Below, piece by piece: positions 23,831 through 35,811 of a DNA stretch of 64,000 nucleotides; position 1 is the first letter of the stretch; each line of letters opens with the position of its first letter. Source of the stretch: an uncultured delta proteobacterium (GTDB lineage: Bacteria; Desulfobacterota; Desulfobulbia; Desulfobulbales; Desulfocapsaceae); assembly GCA_963806525.1 (NCBI GenBank), contig CAWDYJ010000026.1:133175-197174 (forward strand), given 5' to 3'. The notes beneath the pieces were generated by a model. It ran no database searches and was not told the DNA's origin. It saw nothing but the letters and a program-made list of their open reading frames with translations. The position numbers and the translations under genes are program-made.

Positions 23831-25429
23831 TCACTGGTTCTCGATCACACTGATTTCAACACGTCTGTTCATAACCCGACCCTCGGCCGTATCATTTCTA
23901 TCAACCGGATTCTTATTTCCCAGGCCTTGTGTTCTGATCTGGTCAGGAGGCAAATTCTGGCCCAACAGAAAACTCTTAACCATATTGGCCCTGAATTCTG
24001 ATAATTTTGTGTTATACGTTGGATCACCAATTGAATCTGTATAGCCCGAAATGTCAACCATGGCATCTGGGTGTGTCCGAACAACCCTGGCGAATTCTTT
24101 CATCCTGTCAATATCGGACACACTAAATACATTTGAATCTGACTCAAACTGTATCACCAGGGGCGCATCAGGTAATGGCAGTTTTGTATTTTCCGGAATT
24201 TCGTCAGCAACATCACTCTGTCACCTTTGCAGCGACAGGCACCGGTTCAGGTTTTTTTTGCGCTGGCAGGGAGAAACCGGAAGAAACCGGACGGGATTCC
24301 AGTTCATCGTCAGGCGCAGGCGAGACCGTTTCGCGCTGGGGCTCCGGTTGAGCACTCTTTTCCTGGTGATCCGGGATTACTCGAAAGAACCTTTTCTTGA
24401 ATTGTCGTAAAATGAGCAGTGGCTTCCTGGAATTTCAAATTTGTATAATAAAGAAAGTAAAAACCAAAAGACATGAGCAGCACAATAATAACAAGAAGCC
24501 CACCGACAGGCCAGGAGATAGACACCTTCATTGTTTGGCTTGGCTGTTTTGCGAAACCAGACGGCTGGCCTCCAGGTTGTGCTGCTGTTATCTGACCATC
24601 TTGATCCTGTCCCCTTCTTGCCTCCGGTATCTGTAATTCCTTGGATGACTCTCTGACTATTGCACTTGTTATCGTTTTTTTATCATCAGCATATCCGCTC
24701 ATCAAGCAATGATCACAGATTATGTTGATTTTTCGGGGAAATCCATCTGAAAATGCATAAATCTCCTTAATTGCCGAACTGTTAAATATTTTTTTCGTCG
24801 TTCCGGCAATTTTCAACCGGTGCTTTATATATTCCCCTGTCTCTTCAAGGGTCAATGGCTCAATATAATAGTTTAATGTTATCCTCTGGGCGATAGCTCT
24901 ATTCTCTGGGCGTCTGATTAATTCATTGAATTCATATTGGCCAACAAAGAAAATATTCAGCAGAGGGTTGCTGTCTGTGGTGACAATATTTGACAGGAGG
25001 CGTATTTCTTCCAACAATTCCTGCGTCATAAGCTGGCGACTCATCAATAATCAGGAGTACCTTCTTATTATTTTCATAGGACCTGTGCAGAAAACTGGTG
25101 AAACTGGCAAGAAACTTTCCCTTACTGTCAAACTCACGGCCAAGACCAAAAGCTGCAGCAATATAATTGAAAAAATCAATCTTCTCCAGATTCGGATCAG
25201 GAACAGAGGCGTAGATCACGTCACTGCTCAAGCTGCCAATCAACGCATTGATCAGGGTCGTTTTTCCGGTGCCCACATCGCCTGTTAAAAGCAGAAAACC
25301 TTTATTGTCGAGGATACCATATCTCAGAGTTGCCAATGCCTCTTTATGGTTTTCCCCCAGCCACATAAAGGTTGAATCGGAGGATATCTGAAAAGGCTTA
25401 CGCTTTAAATCATAATGCGCTGTATACAT
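23831..25429 (-). CDS. ExeA/GspA-like AAA ATPase with TM segment and C-terminal OmpA-like peptidoglycan-binding domain (frameshifted)
   Basis: MYTAHYDLKRKPF, GDVGTGKT, LIIDE, QRI, GFPRKINIICD, then GYTDSIG..YN.KLSE.RA and GRVMNRRVEI. Confidence 0.82.
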
Positions 25430-25818
25430 AATTGACTGTCAAATTGAATTTTATGATCTTATATCTAGTGATTCATTCTGGTGCCACTGCCCGCAGGCAG
25501 AACTCCCAGCAACATCGATTGGATAATCTTTAGCGACAAAAGACATCTCCATTTCTCACTAATAAAATTATGGAATATTAGCAATAGGATGTCACTGTCG
25601 ATCTATTGTTTATCATATACGGTAGAAGGCAGCCTTGACAACAACTTTGTGGAGTCGGTGGGGCGAGATCATTGGCATAAGTGTATCTTCAGCTATATTC
25701 CTTGTTGCAGTAAAGGGTGAATCTTAACGCACAATCATCCCCAAGGCATGATATAGTTACATTTACCAAAAGAATCCTTCCCAGGTCTTCGTTGCTGCGT
25801 TAAATTATTCTGCATTGA

Positions 25819-26010
25819 AGTTTGATGAACTCGTAAAAACCTTAAATTTCAATGGATCAAGTAAAACGCTTCATATTGGAGGCGTGCAATTTTTATAGTA
25901 TTACGGCGTACACACGGTACCTGTAATGATATAAGAATTTGTACCCCAAGGCACTTCCTTCGGGCGTAACACGAGCATGATGAAGGGTTTTTACGACTGT
26001 CATCAAGTTT
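25819..26010. mobile_element. Non-autonomous MITE-like element, about 190 bp with terminal inverted repeats
   Basis: Left tttgatgaactcgtaaaaacc and right ggtttttacgactgtcatcaag are imperfect inverted repeats. Related ends occur at about 38185, 40636 and 62138. Confidence 0.6.
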
Positions 26011-26118
26011 AAATAACAATTGTGGATTGGACACCCTCGGTATAGTCTCAATTGTCAACGGTATCAAAAATTGTGCCCTTCCGGCCCGGCTGAATTAATA
26101 TCAAAGGACGAATATAAA

Positions 26119-27656
26119 ATGATCGATGAAATAGAACACAAACTTAAAACAAGACATCTCCGCATAGAAGACTACCCGGTATTGCATGATCTGTCTGTTA
26201 AGGCCTATAAAGAGGTTGCAGCGCCCTGGACCAAAGAAGAAATAACTCGATTAATAAAATTATTTCCGGAAGGCCAGATATGTATTGAAGATAATGGCAT
26301 ACCTGTGGGCATTGCCCTGTCGGTGATAATCGATTTCAGCCTTTTCGGAGACCAACACTCCTACAAGCAGATTGTACGCAACGGGACCTTCAAATCACAT
26401 GACCCTGAAGGTGATTATCTCTATGGCATCGATGTTTCTGTAGATCCAGAATACCAGGGAATGCGCCTTGGACGCCGCCTTTATGAAGCTCGCCAGGAAC
26501 TGGCCGAAAATCTCAACCTCAAAGGAATATTGCTCGGAGGACGGATACCGGGTTATGGTAAATATTCCCATGAGATGAAGGCCCAGCAATACATCCTCAA
26601 GGTAAAAAACCGGGAACTGTATGATCCGGTGCTCACCTTCCAGCTCTCCAACGACTTCCATGTCCGCAACCTCCTTGATGACTATTGGCCGGCTGACAGC
26701 AGATCCCGCGGCAATGCAGTTCTTTTGGAATGGATCAACATCTATTACCAGAAAAAAACCAAGCTGATAGGCAAGACCAAATCCATTGCCAGGCTTGGTG
26801 TCGTCCAATGGAAGATGCGGCGCTTTGAATCCTTTGAAGATTTCATGCAGCAGGTCGAGTTTTTTGTCGATACAGTGAGCGACTACAAAGCCGACATAGT
26901 TCTTTTTCCCGAACTGTTCAATGCCCCGCTCATCCATAAATACGAAGGCAATAACCCGGCTGAGGCCATGCGCATGCTAGCGGGTTATACGGAAGATATG
27001 CGCCATGGCGATGACGGAAATGGCCCTGAAATACAATATCAATATTGTGGCAGGCAGCGTTCCCCAGGTTCATGATGATGGAAAACTGTACAACGTCAGT
27101 TATCTGTGTCAGGCGAGACGGCACCTGGGACAGCCAGGAAAAATTGCACATCACCCCGGACGAAGCGATTTGCTGGGGAATCTCCGGCGGCCATGAGCTC
27201 AAAGTATTTGATACTGATGTGGGGAAAATCGGCATCCTGATTTGTTATGATGTCGAATTTCCCGAGCTGGCCAGACTGCAGGCTTTAAAGGGTGTAAAGC
27301 TGTTGCTGGTTCCTTTCTGGACCGACACCAAGACCGGATATTTAAGGGTTCGGCGATGTGCCCAGGCCAGGGCAATTGAAAACGAATGTTATGTGGCTAT
27401 TTCAGGGAGTGTCGGCAATATCCCCAAGGTCGAAACCATGGGCATTCAATATTCGCAGTCGGCGATTTTTACTCCATCAGATTTTTCCTGTCCCCACGAT
27501 TCAATAGCCGCCGAAGCGACCCCAGGCATAGAAACAACTTTAATTGCTAATCTTGATCTGGATTTGATAAAGGAAATCAGAGCGATGGGAAGTGTGAGAA
27601 ATTTCGAAAATCGTCGAACCGATCTGTATGAACTGCGTTGGCTTGATGATAAATAA
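26119..27656 (+). CDS. Bifunctional GNAT acetyltransferase / carbon-nitrogen hydrolase (frameshifted)
   Basis: FPEGQ, LGRRLYEAR, GGRIPGY and DPVLTFQLSN, followed by nitrilase triad motifs FPEL, KLHITP and ICYDVEFPE. Confidence 0.9.
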
Positions 27657-27712
27657 CTGCAATTCTCGTGGCACGATTCGATCATTATTTCACGAACTAA
27701 ATTCAAGGACGC

Positions 27713-28684
27713 ATGGAAGAAAAAGGATTGATCCACGCCCTTCTCCTTGACGGCAAGGGCGGCGGTCAACTACTTGACTGGCAGGAAATTGCCAACTGGT
27801 CCCCTGAACAAGGGGTGCTGTGGGTGCATCTGTCCTGCACAGTCCCGGAAGCGATTTCCTGGCTCGAAGAGAAAAGCGGACTGGAATCACTCATTGTTGA
27901 AGCACTGCTCAGCGAAGAGACAAGACCCCGGTCAACGGTTATGGGTGAAGGCATACTTCTTACTTTACGGGGAGTAAACCTCAACCCAGGGGCAGACCAT
28001 GAGGACATGGTTTCCATTCGTATCTGGGCGGAAGAGACAAGGATCATCACCACCAGGAGGCGCCGTTTGCTGTCTGTCACCGGTCTGATTGACAGTTTTT
28101 CAACTGGACAAGGGCCGGTGACCAGCAGCGAATTTATCAACACACTCGTTGAACTACTGACAACATATATTGAAGAGACGGTGGAGGATATTGAAGACCA
28201 GACGTCTGCCCTGGAAGAACAGGTGATGAGTTCCCATGACAGCAGATTACGTTCACAGATTTCAGGTCTTCGCCGGCAAGGCAATCATGCTGCGCCGCTA
28301 TCTCGCCCCCCAAAGAGAGGCCATTACTCGGCTTCAGGTTGAAAAAATTCACTGGTTCACAGAAAGAGACAAGAGGCATCTTTACGAGACAGCAAACAGC
28401 CTCATCCGGATTGTTGAAGACCTTGATTCTCTGAGGGAGCGGGCAAATGTTGCCCAGGAAGAGCTGGTCAATATTCTTTCGGAACAGATAAATTCCCGAA
28501 TGTATACCCTCTCCCTGGTTACAACAATTTTTCTGCCATTGAGTTTTTTAACCGGATTGCTGGGAATTAATGTTGCCGGTATCCCAGGGCCGACAAACCC
28601 ATGGGCTTTCCTGATCGTTGTGGCCATGCTCCTCTTGTCTGCTTCGGCCAGTTTCTCTATTTCCGTAAAAAACACTGGATCTGA
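27713..28684 (+). CDS. zntB: Zinc transporter ZntB (CorA family), frameshifted
   Basis: WVHL, EETRPR, LRGVNLNPGA.EDMVSIRIW, RRYLAPQR and FLTGLLGINVAGIPG (GIN motif). Confidence 0.88.
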
Positions 28685-28939
28685 ACCAGTTACGTCGCAT
28701 TCAGCTGGAGAATGTACACGTAAAAACCTGCAGGCCAGCGAAGAAAATTGGGCAATGAGATTTGCGCGCTCTTTAAGCAGACCATTCTGATTACGTATTG
28801 GTGTCTCAACCTGACCCCGGTAAACGGGAAGAAAGCCGGGATTAGTTCCTTGTGGGTATTTCCAACTACAAAATTTCAATCTACATTTCTAAGTTTCTTG
28901 TTTTTTATTACATTTTTCCAGGAGTAAGGTACTAAAATC

Positions 28940-30047
28940 CTACTGAAAAGATTTTATGAACCTGCGATCGATGAGATCTTTAATCCGAAAAGCGAGCCTG
29001 CCTGAAAAAGTTACAAACCACTTGGAGAGAACCCCCTCTCCGTCGCCCAGATTATAGATAAGCAGATAGCTGCCTCCGGGAGAAAATTTCTCAGGCTCTT
29101 TCCCGTCCAGACAGGCCATCAGGTTTTCATACAATACTAAATTTTGCCGCACAGCGTACACCCCCACCTTGTCGAGCGGCGTGGGACTAAAATAAATACA
29201 GTCTCCCCCACCAAAAATATTCTTATACCGTTCCGACCGCAGAAACTCATCGACCAGCAGGCCGCCATCCGGTCCGACCGGCAGGCCGGACCGGGCAAAA
29301 ATCTGCGAAGGCTTGACACCAACTGCCGGAAAAATAATATCGGCCTGATAGACCTGGCCATTTTCCAACAAGAGCCGGCCACTTTCTATCTGCTGGACAT
29401 ATCCGCTCGAGATTATCTCAACCCCTTTCCTCTCCAGTATTTTTCTGCAGAGATCACCGACCTTTTCAGGCCGCCCTGACATGAAATTTCGCCCGCCAAA
29501 CAGTTGTATCTTCGGGATATTGTCCCCTTTCTCCCGGCAGAGCTGGTGAATATTCCCGGCAATCTCGATAGAAGACGGACCACTGCCGACTACCGCAATA
29601 GTGATCTTTCTTGTCGCTATAAGTTCAAGAATTCTCTGCCTGGCAACGAGTAATTCCTCAATAGGTTTAGCGGTGAAAATATCCTGGGCTTTTCCATGTA
29701 TCATGTCCCGGGGAACATAGGAACCGGCATTGCAGGAAAGAACATCATACGGAATTTCTTGACCACTATCCTCTAAAAGAACACAGCTGCTTATGGGGAT
29801 CAATCCGGTACGCCTTTCCAAGGATAAACGTGCCTCCTTTTTTTTCCACAAGTTTACGGGTCGCAAAACGAATGTCATCCGGGCCATATGTCCCCCCGAG
29901 CATCCCCGGCCCCATACCACTGTAATAATGGTATTCAGAGGGCTGGATAACGGTAACGCCATAGCCTTTGGCAATAAAGGTATCGAGCCTGGCCAGCGTC
30001 ACCATGTGGGCGTGGCCGCCGCCAATGAGAAGAAGTTGTTTTTTCAT
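28940..30047 (-). CDS. FAD-dependent pyridine nucleotide-disulfide oxidoreductase (NDH-2/SQR/SelD-N-terminal-like), frameshifted
   Basis: LLIGGGHAH, YYSGMGPG, KPIE, VVGSGPSSIEIA, IFGGGDC, KVGVYAVRQ and KDLIDRRF. Confidence 0.85.
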
Positions 30048-30887
30048 GTGAGCTCTTGATGCTGGTCGATGTAGTTGCTTAATCGGGCGATGTGGCTGCG
30101 CTCCTCATCGGCGATCTGCAAAAGAATTTTTCTTGTTTCTTCCTTATCACTTCGCTCCCCTGCCCGCAAATAGAGATCAAGAGCCTGTGCTTCAATAGCC
30201 AGGGCCATACCCAGCACCTCCAGCTCCGAATCAAGATCTATCTTGTAGAGCTGCAGATATTCTTCAGTGGTCAATCCCCCTTCCATGGCCGGTTCGGCTA
30301 TTTTTTTGAGCGAATTCCTTCCTGGTAATGGTGGAACCGGTTAAATCCCTATAAAGTTCAACTAACCGCTGCTGATGAAGGATCTCAATATCAGCAAGTT
30401 TACCGAAAAGTGTTTTTGTCGATTCCCGTGAGACCTTCGCCTGCATTGACAGGTAAAAATCCCGCAGCCCCATTTCCAGGCCAAAACCGACAATAACGGC
30501 CTGTTCAGCAGTCGCTTCTCGGGTAAAGAGATGCAGACCGGTCTCCTGCCCACCGACAGCGACCTCTTTCCCCCAGGCTTTAATTCCTCCGGTCAAATTA
30601 TATACTTTGCTAAATCCTTTGCCGGCCAACATTTGTGCAGCAACCCGGCTGCGTACTCCACTGGCTCAATAGATGATAATCGGTTGGTCTTTGTCCAGTT
30701 CGTCCAATCGGGTCTCTAATTCCCCGAGCGGAATGAGTTTTGCCCCCGGCTGATGCCCGTGAGCATATTCCTTTGGCTGCCGCACATCAAGTAAGACGGC
30801 ATCATGACCAGCTGTTTGGTCGACAAGCTGCTGCGCTTCTTCCCAATTGATGGAAGAGACAGGGGTGAAAAACTGCATCCATTTCAT
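30044..30887 (-). CDS. Selenocysteine-containing rhodanese fused to a ferritin-like (rubrerythrin-type) domain
   Basis: LLDVRQPKEY..GH.PGA, then IIIY-UGA-ASGVRS with UGA (30666-30668) in frame at the catalytic Cys. It continues LTGGIKAW, then two E...ExxH helix pairs. One frameshift lies in the A-run near 30300. Confidence 0.85.
30637..30652 (-). promoter_or_regulatory. Candidate bacterial SECIS of the rhodanese gene
   Basis: GCAGC-CGGGUU-GCUGC hairpin starting 13 nt after the UGA, with a G-rich loop. Confidence 0.6.
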
Positions 30888-31174
30888 ATGGACCTCCGCT
30901 GGTTTATTTTAGGTTTCTTAAGTAACAACAATTTGATACATTAAATTTTCATACCGTCATTTGCTGCCTGTAAAAAGAACGAAACAGTCGACGGGTAAGA
31001 TTCATTTTTTAAAGATAGAAAATAGAATTTTCAACATTTTTTTTCATCCTTGGGTATACTGCGCAACGGAAGAGAGATCGACTTAATTTGTGCATATGTT
31101 ATATTGACGCAATCTTCCCTCTGTGTCAAGAAATCCATACAGATAAAACCTATTTAAAACATAGCAGAAACAAA

Positions 31175-31603
31175 ATGGAACAAACTGACTCCGATCCCGC
31201 TTTTGCAAACCACCGTTATTGTCTCATGTGCGGTACGGATAACCCCTTGTCTTTTGGTTTGAAGTTTAAAAAAAAAGACGACGGGACAGTCTCAACCACC
31301 TTCACCGGAAACAAAAATTTACAAGGATATAAGGGTATTATGCATGGGGGCGTCCTCTCTGCCCTGCTCGATACGGCGATGGCTCAATGTCTTCTCCATC
31401 AGGACATTGAAGCAGTAACGGGAGAGCTGGTTGTTCGATATCTCGAGCAGGTCGACTGCGATGACACTCTCAGCATCAAGGCCTGGGTAGCCGCATCTCT
31501 GCCGCCCCTCTATCATCTCAAATCGCAAATCCGCATCGGCGACAAAATAGTTTGCAAAGGCAAGGCAAAATTTATGCAGCGTGAGCACCAGGAGTATTTC
31601 TGA
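31175..31603 (+). CDS. PaaI family thioesterase
   Basis: CLMCGTDNPLSFGL and QGYKGIMHGGVLSALLD. Confidence 0.88.
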   Translation: MEQTDSDPAFANHRYCLMCGTDNPLSFGLKFKKKDDGTVSTTFTGNKNLQGYKGIMHGGVLSALLDTAMAQCLLHQDIEAVTGELVVRYLEQVDCDDTLSIKAWVAASLPPLYHLKSQIRIGDKIVCKGKAKFMQREHQEYF

Positions 31604-31632
31604 TACGGAACCAGAACACAAAAAAGAGGCAG

Positions 31633-33009
31633 ATGACGACAGCAATAACACCAGAAAAGTATCTGGAAGAGAATCAGGACCGATACATCGAGCAATTGAT
31701 GGAATGGCTGGCAATCCCGAGCATCAGCACCCTTCCGGAACATAAGGGGGATGTCGGCAGAGCCGCCGGCTGGGTAAGAGACCGGCTCGAGACAATCGGG
31801 TTTTCCGATGCGAAGATCATATCAACCAGCAACCATCCATTAGTTTATGCAGAGTGGCTCGCCCATGACAACCAGCCGACACTGTTATTCTATGGACACT
31901 ATGATGTTCAGCCGGTAGATCCAATGAATGAATGGGACAGTCCACCCTTTCAACCAACCATCCGCAACGGCAATATATACGGCCGCGGGGCAAGTGACGA
32001 CAAGGGTCAGGTCATGCTGGTGCTTGGAGCGATCGAAGCGCTGATCAAAGTGCATGGAAGCCTGCCGGTCAATGTCAAAATCCTCCTCGAAGGTGAGGAA
32101 GAAGCCGGCGGGGCCTCGATAGCCGAATATATTAAGGCAAACCAGGCAGCACTCCGTGCCGATGCGGTGTTAATCTGCGACACCCACATGGTCGACCCGG
32201 TCCAGCCATCACTCATTACCGGCCTGCGCGGTATACTCTATAGCGAGATTTCTGTCTTCGGGGCCAAAACCGATCTCCATTCCGGCAGTTATGGCGGTGT
32301 GGCACCCAACCCGGTCCATGCGCTCTGCCTCCTGATGAGCCGCCTGAAGGGAGAGGACGGGGTCATCAATATCCCGGAGCTCAGTGCTGTCATCCCCTCA
32401 CCCTCGGCTGCCGAAAAACGTTTCTGGCAGGAAGACCCTTTACACATCGCAAAAGCGCTGCACCTGGAAATGGGCGTGGCAAAACTGGTCGGTGAAACAG
32501 CCTATCCTCCCCTGGAAAGGATCGGCTTACGACCAACCTTTGAAGTCCACGGTATTCGGGGCGGTTTTACCGGGGAAGGAGCAAAAACTGTTATTCCGGC
32601 AGCGGCTGCGGCCAAAGTGAGTTTACGTCTCCCCGCAGAGCTCGACCCGGATCAGGTTTTTGGCTGGCTGAAAAAGGCGGTGCACCAAAACATGCCGGGG
32701 GGACACAGTGTACAACTCACCAAACTGCACACCGGCAAAGGCTTTACCATACATCCCGAAAATCACTATATCCGTGCAGCCGCCGAAGCCCTCGAAGCAG
32801 TATTTGATAAAACGCCGGTTTTTATGCGGGAAGGCGGTTCAATCCCCATCGCCTCACTTTTCGATACAGTACTTACCGCACCTGTTGTGTTGATGGGTTT
32901 TGGACTGCCCGATGACACCATTCATGCGCCAAATGAGAAATTCAGCCTCGGCCAATTTCATCAGGGGATGAAAACAGTTGCCGATTTTTTACGACGATTA
33001 GCCAAGTGA
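31633..33009 (+). CDS. M20 family dipeptidase
   Basis: YGHYDVQP, GRGASDDKGQ, EGEEE, DLHSG, GGSIP and HAPNE. Confidence 0.92.
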   Translation: MTTAITPEKYLEENQDRYIEQLMEWLAIPSISTLPEHKGDVGRAAGWVRDRLETIGFSDAKIISTSNHPLVYAEWLAHDNQPTLLFYGHYDVQPVDPMNEWDSPPFQPTIRNGNIYGRGASDDKGQVMLVLGAIEALIKVHGSLPVNVKILLEGEEEAGGASIAEYIKANQAALRADAVLICDTHMVDPVQPSLITGLRGILYSEISVFGAKTDLHSGSYGGVAPNPVHALCLLMSRLKGEDGVINIPELSAVIPSPSAAEKRFWQEDPLHIAKALHLEMGVAKLVGETAYPPLERIGLRPTFEVHGIRGGFTGEGAKTVIPAAAAAKVSLRLPAELDPDQVFGWLKKAVHQNMPGGHSVQLTKLHTGKGFTIHPENHYIRAAAEALEAVFDKTPVFMREGGSIPIASLFDTVLTAPVVLMGFGLPDDTIHAPNEKFSLGQFHQGMKTVADFLRRLAK

Positions 33010-33041
33010 TGAAAACAGATCAGGATACGGGTTGCAGACAT

Positions 33042-33284
33042 TTACCGGTCCTTATTTTTTAGTGGATCAAACAGATATTCCAGTCCATTGACTTTTATTT
33101 CATAAACAATGGCCAGCATTTCTCCCAGTTTTCCCTGTGGAAATCCTTTCTGGGCAAACCAGACAACATAGGGTTCAGGCAGATCAATCAGAAGTCTTCC
33201 GGCATATTTACCAAAAGGCATCTTCATCTTTGCAAGCTGCAGGAGCTGTTCGTGATCCAAGGGGACACCACTCATTTTTTTCAC
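33042..33284 (-). CDS. DUF3820 family protein
   Basis: MPFGKY.GR.LIDLPEPY..WF...GFP.GKLG...EIKVNGL. Confidence 0.85.
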   Translation of the reverse strand: MKKMSGVPLDHEQLLQLAKMKMPFGKYAGRLLIDLPEPYVVWFAQKGFPQGKLGEMLAIVYEIKVNGLEYLFDPLKNKDR

Positions 33285-33508
33285 CCAAATCGCTTAATCA
33301 GAAAAGTTGGCAGAATTGCTGTCTGCGGCAAGAATGGGAAAAAATTGCTCCTGTCAATTTATTTTTGCCCAAAAGTTCTCCCGGGATCATCTTTTCTTTT
33401 GTTAATTCTTTACCATACGCTAGTTCTTGATATTTTTCATAAGAAGTCATAGGCTTTATAGACATCTAACAAGATAACAGCATCCACTGGAGTAAAACGG
33501 GATTTCGC

Positions 33509-34721
33509 GTGGAAACAATAATTGCCAGACAACCTATATTTGATAGAAAAGGGCGCCTTTTTGCCTACGAGCTTTTATACCGGGGTGCTGACATGCTGAG
33601 TCTGGCCAACGTCGGCGGCGATCGCGCCACAAGCTCCCTGCTCACCAGTTCATTTATTACGGAGGGTTTGGAAAAAATCAGCGGCAATAAACCCTGTTTT
33701 GTCAATTTTACGCAAGAACTGCTGCTCGAAAATCTCGTTGAAAGTTTCCCCAACAATAATATTGTTGTTGAAATTCTTGAAGACGTTCAACCTACCAACG
33801 AAATTATTGAGGTCTGCAGAGAATTAAAAGAGCTTGGATATATTCTTGCCCTTGATGATTTCGTTTATCATAAAAAATTTATCCCGCTGATTGAGCTGGC
33901 CAATATAATAAAAATAGATTTCCGGCATACCTCCATTGACCAGATAGACACAATCCTCAATTTTCTTGCTCCATATAAAATAGATTTGCTTGCCGAAAAA
34001 GTCGAAACACATGAAGAATTTGCCGAGGCGTGCAAGCTCGGATTCAAATATTTCCAGGGGTATTTCTTTGCAAGACCGGAAGTGATGAGAATAAAAGAGC
34101 TGGCAACGTCCAAACTCACCCTGCTCATGCTTTATTCGAAATAAACAAAAAGTCTGTTTCTGCGAAAAAGATGACGGAAATAATTTCCGCCGACGTCTCT
34201 TTATCCTACAGACTACTGCGATACATTAACTCTGCCTATTTTTACCTCATAAAGGAAATTCAGTCTATCTCCTATGCGGTTACCTACCTGGGGGAAAATG
34301 AGATCAGGCGCTTTGTCACGCTGGCGGTTATCTCGGAAATTTCTTCCAACAAACCCGCCGAGCTAGTACGTTTGGCTGCTGTACGGGCCAAATTCTGTGA
34401 GCAGCTCGGGCAGGCATGTCCCAGACAGACGAAACCGAACGAACTCTTTATGCTCGGCCTTTTTTCCCTGCTCCATGCCATGCTGGACACCCCGATAGAT
34501 GAGATCCTGAGTAAGATTCCTATCTCGGATGATATTAAACAGGCACTCATCTCAACGAACAGGACCGCTTTCCGGATTTCTGCAAATTGTTCTTGCCTAT
34601 GAAAGAGGCAACAGTGAAGAATGCTTTCTGGCCTTAAAGAGTCTTCGTATCCCTGAAAATCAATTATATCCCATGTTATCTTTCTTCGTTAAAATTTGCC
34701 GATATGTTTGTCAATCTCTAA
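33509..34721 (+). CDS. EAL/HDOD domain signalling protein (frameshifted)
   Basis: ARQPI, YELLYR, ALDDF, AEKVET and FQGYFF, then HDOD motifs LLRYINSA, RAKFCE and GLFSLL. Confidence 0.88.
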
Positions 34722-35811
34722 ACATATCCCGCTCATCTCTTTCCCGCTCCATATCAATTGCCGCTGCGGTCTTTTTTACAAGCCATATCAGGCAAATAAT
34801 TCCGGCCAGCAGCGTAATAAAAAAGAAAACCATCGGTGAATATTGCGGTACAACCTGGAGCTGATCGAGGGTATAAACATCCTTCAGATATCCACTCCGC
34901 AACCAGCTCCGGATAAAGGTCATCACCACAACAAGTCCGATTGCATGGGAGAAGGCAAGCCAAAACCGTTTTTTATAGGCGGTGAAAAGGGCCCCGGCAG
35001 CGAGAAGCAGAGCGATACAAAAAGAACTGGTAGCTCCCATATTACCCCCCATAAAAAGCAGCATCTGTTCTCTGGGTAATGTGAGCAGATACCAGAGCCC
35101 GATCAGCACATTGCCGGAGGTAAGGACAAGAAAACTGCGCAAACCAACCCGCTCAGCATGGGTGGTTAAATCCGGATTGGCGGATTTTCCAAAACGTCCG
35201 AGCAGGGCAACAAACAGGCCGCCAATGGCCAGAGCACCGAGTAACATATGCAAAAACCTTGGCCAGAAGCTGGGCTGATCAAATGACAGCAAGGTACCGC
35301 TTTTATGAGAAAAATATTCACCGAATTGAGATGGCGTGGCCATCAACAGCATATTATTGGAAAAGAAAAACCCAATAACCAGCAAAAGAGCAAAAGCGAT
35401 AACAGCAATCCATGGACCAGCCGAACCGAGCTGGGTGAAACGGAAATCATAAAAATACGCGCTGTAATAGGCAATCATCAATACTGGTATAATCAGGATC
35501 CAGAATGTCCCCATAAGAATCGAGCTGCTATACAGAAACTGACCGTAAAGCACCTGCACGAAAAGCAGCGGAGCGACCCCGAAATTGACCACGAAGGCAA
35601 TAACCAGCGGCAGAGCGATGGCGATACGATGGGCCAGCTGTTTTTGCAATGTACCTCCACCCATATGCTGCACAATACCAATTGCCAGACCACCCAGCAT
35701 GGCATTCATAGCCAACAGGTGCAAAGGAAAGGTCAACAGCAGCAGGAACTGGAACCAGGCCCAGCCAACGGGAATTGTGTCCGGTTGTGGAATAAAGAGT
35801 TGATCCATCAT
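34711..35811 (-). CDS. Polytopic membrane protein, partner of the bd-like cytochrome c
   Basis: About 9-10 TM helices, FPLHLLAMN..LGG, FGVAPLLFVQVLYG and RFLHMLLG. Start overlaps the upstream gene's stop. Confidence 0.7.
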   Translation of the reverse strand: MMDQLFIPQPDTIPVGWAWFQFLLLLTFPLHLLAMNAMLGGLAIGIVQHMGGGTLQKQLAHRIAIALPLVIAFVVNFGVAPLLFVQVLYGQFLYSSSILMGTFWILIIPVLMIAYYSAYFYDFRFTQLGSAGPWIAVIAFALLLVIGFFFSNNMLLMATPSQFGEYFSHKSGTLLSFDQPSFWPRFLHMLLGALAIGGLFVALLGRFGKSANPDLTTHAERVGLRSFLVLTSGNVLIGLWYLLTLPREQMLLFMGGNMGATSSFCIALLLAAGALFTAYKKRFWLAFSHAIGLVVVMTFIRSWLRSGYLKDVYTLDQLQVVPQYSPMVFFFITLLAGIICLIWLVKKTAAAIDMERERDERDMFRD

